Source of the DNA: Hydrolagus colliei
Taxonomy: Eukaryota
Direction of reading: 5' to 3'
Assembly (NCBI GenBank): GCA_035084275.1
Contig: CM068775.1
Span: forward strand, 682,001 to 746,000
DNA: 64,000 nt
Part shown: in pieces, positions 61,700 to 64,000 of the stretch
How positions within the stretch are numbered: position 1 is the first letter of the stretch
Layout of the letters: every line of letters starts with the position of its first letter
Program-made: the position numbers and the translations under genes
Notes under the pieces: model-generated
Told to the model about the DNA's origin: nothing
The model's database searches: none
The model's input: only the letters and a program-made list of their open reading frames with translations

Positions 61700-64000
61700 G
61701 CGAGCAGTAATTGTAAGGAATAGACTTCCCAGGGAGATGGTGGAAAGAAAATGTGTTGAATCTTTCAAAAGGAAATTGATAGATCTATTTTACGAAATAG
61801 GGGATACTGTATATAGTTTGGGACATGACGTGTGCATGTGACTGCCAGGATGGTGGAAGGTGAACTGGATGGACCATAACCTTCTATCAACTAGCAATTG
61901 TTATGTTTGTATGTTATTCCTACGTTGACAAACTGATGTGTTACAGTGGATTATCTCAGATTAAAAGGGATTATAACTAAGGATGTTAAACATACTGAAC
62001 ACAGGATAGATCAAGGGTTGTGCTTTTGTTTTAGCAGAATAATCAAGGTACACATTGCAGCACATTTCTGCACTAAGAATGTTATCAGGTTTCCCTCCCA
62101 CTGTCCCTCCGCCTCGCCCCTCCCTGGCCTCCTTCAAGTCCCTCCTCAAGACTCCTCTTTGATGGTCACATTGGTAACTCATAATCCCCCCATTCACTCC
62201 CCCACTCCTGTCCCCAGCTTGAGTCTGAAACAGTGACTGTCCAGCACCTCGGGACATCTTCCTATAAAAGTGCTATACAAGTTTACTTTTATTGTGTTCT
62301 TGTTGTTCAACAACAACAACTTCAATTTATATAGCGCCACATCTAAATTGTTCATCATGTATCAAATAGAATTAGCTGCTTAGACATACAAAAGAGGGAA
62401 CTTGGATGAACAAAGGGAACCTATATGGTATATTGGGAGAGAGATGGGATAATTTTATACGAGAGATGAATAAATACTCATTTGGAAAAAAACGACAGGC
62501 AGCAACGGCCAAAAAAACGTGAAACCAAATGTGCTTCTGTGCAGGGACATTCTGTGTTACTGTGAAATGCTGACAAGTGAGGGCTGCTATATAAACACAA
62601 CTTGTTGTTGTGTAAAACAGCAATGTACTGTGACATTTATAACTACAATCATGTGGTTTCAAATGATATTTCCTTGTTGCGCTCACTCTTTTACTTAAAT
62701 CTGCACCATCCATCCTGCATTCAAGCATTTAGTGTGAAAACAGTAAAATAATTACACTTGGAAAACAAAAGCAGCTGCTGATCACTGGATCAGCAGCTAA
62801 GACTACTAAGACACAACTCAAGCGGAAACATTGATGGCGTTCTCAGCAAAACCCTAACTGATGTTGGACAGTTCATTTCACAGCTTTTGTTTAATGCTGA
62901 GCTTCTGTGTATCTGAACCATTTGGAAATCAGAAGCCAAGACACACTTGAGACAAAATTAACAGGAAAGAGAGGGAACAAACAGCTCACTAAGTTTGATC
63001 ATTTATTGATAATTCAGGCAAACAAGCATACAGTGTCTGTAGGCACTATGATACAGGAGCAGAATACAATATGTACAGCTTCAGATTGAAATCAAAGGAC
63101 AGAGTATAACAGCCTCTGTCTTTCTGTATCATTACACCTCACACATGGTAAACAGCAAATAAAGAATATCAGATAGGTGTGATGTTAAATGAAATCCCAA
63201 CATGATTTGTTATTCCCAAAAGCCCACTGTAATATGAACCAACAATAAGAAAAGTCACTAAAATTCATGGAGCTGCACAATACTATGTTTAATTCCTGTG
63301 ATTTTGTAAAATGTGTGAAACAAAACATCACATAATCCGTCACAAGACATTGGTGATAAACATAAACACACGAGGCACATCTGTGACGTTAAGGTTAAGA
63401 AACTCATTTTACCTGGAAAATAGAAGTAAACATAGGATCAATAATTTCAGCCTTTGTGGCAAGATGGTATTTAAGTTTGTTTTTATTGATGTATAATAAT
63501 CCACAGATAGATGCACACACACATACAACTGATAAGAATAAGAATAATCCTTGCATTTGATATAGCGCTTTTCACTTCTTGTATCTGTTTCAAAATATAT
63601 CACAGAATATACCATAAAATCAATTGACTCTATAATTGTGGGTGAAACGTGGCAGCCAATTGCACACAGCATTTTCCCACAAACGGTCGTGGATTGAAAT
63701 GACCAATTTTTATTATTGCTTTTTTGAAGGGATTATTATTAGGCATGTTGAGTAAGGACATTTTCCCAAGGTTTAGCACTGACTTGACTGGATTTGAACA
63801 CATGTCTCACACAGCTTGTAAGGCAAATGCTCTAACCATTGAGCTGCAGGACTGAGCTACATTAATAATAATAATAATAATTATAATCCTTGCATTTGAT
63901 ATAGCGCTTTCCACATCTTATCAACGTCCCAAAGCGCTTCACAGAATATACTGTAAGGTGAATTGACTGTATATATTTGTGGGCAATTGCGTACAGCAGT

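Overview
Repeat-rich vertebrate genomic DNA, most likely from a cartilaginous fish. This is inferred from the GPR139-like two-exon GPCR family, the A33/TRIM39-type B30.2 fragment and the CR1/L2/tRNA-SINE landscape. Main contents, left to right: (1) an intact GPR139-like class A GPCR (end of exon 1 at 1-11, exon 2 at 2456-3423). (2) A young 8.2-kb epsilon/gamma-like endogenous retrovirus on the minus strand (8786-16991) with 602-bp LTRs differing at 5 positions, ATAG TSD, tRNA-Gln PBS and PPT. Its gag-TGA-pol and gamma-type env carry about 7 frame disruptions, and a 2H-phosphoesterase-like domain (two H-C-T motifs) lies between protease and RT. (3) A non-rearranging IgSF receptor gene (leader, three germline-joined VJ-type exons, two alternative TM exons; 21487-35133) with a frameshift in V3. 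(4) A duplicated, stop-containing GPCR exon 1 (46527-46596) and a TRIM B30.2 fragment (48331-48615). (5) Two CpG-rich promoter-like islands. (6) Many L2, CR1, tRNA-SINE, Gypsy and hAT/Tc1-like MITE pieces, some nested three deep. One 200-N gap. All alignments and counts were done by eye.
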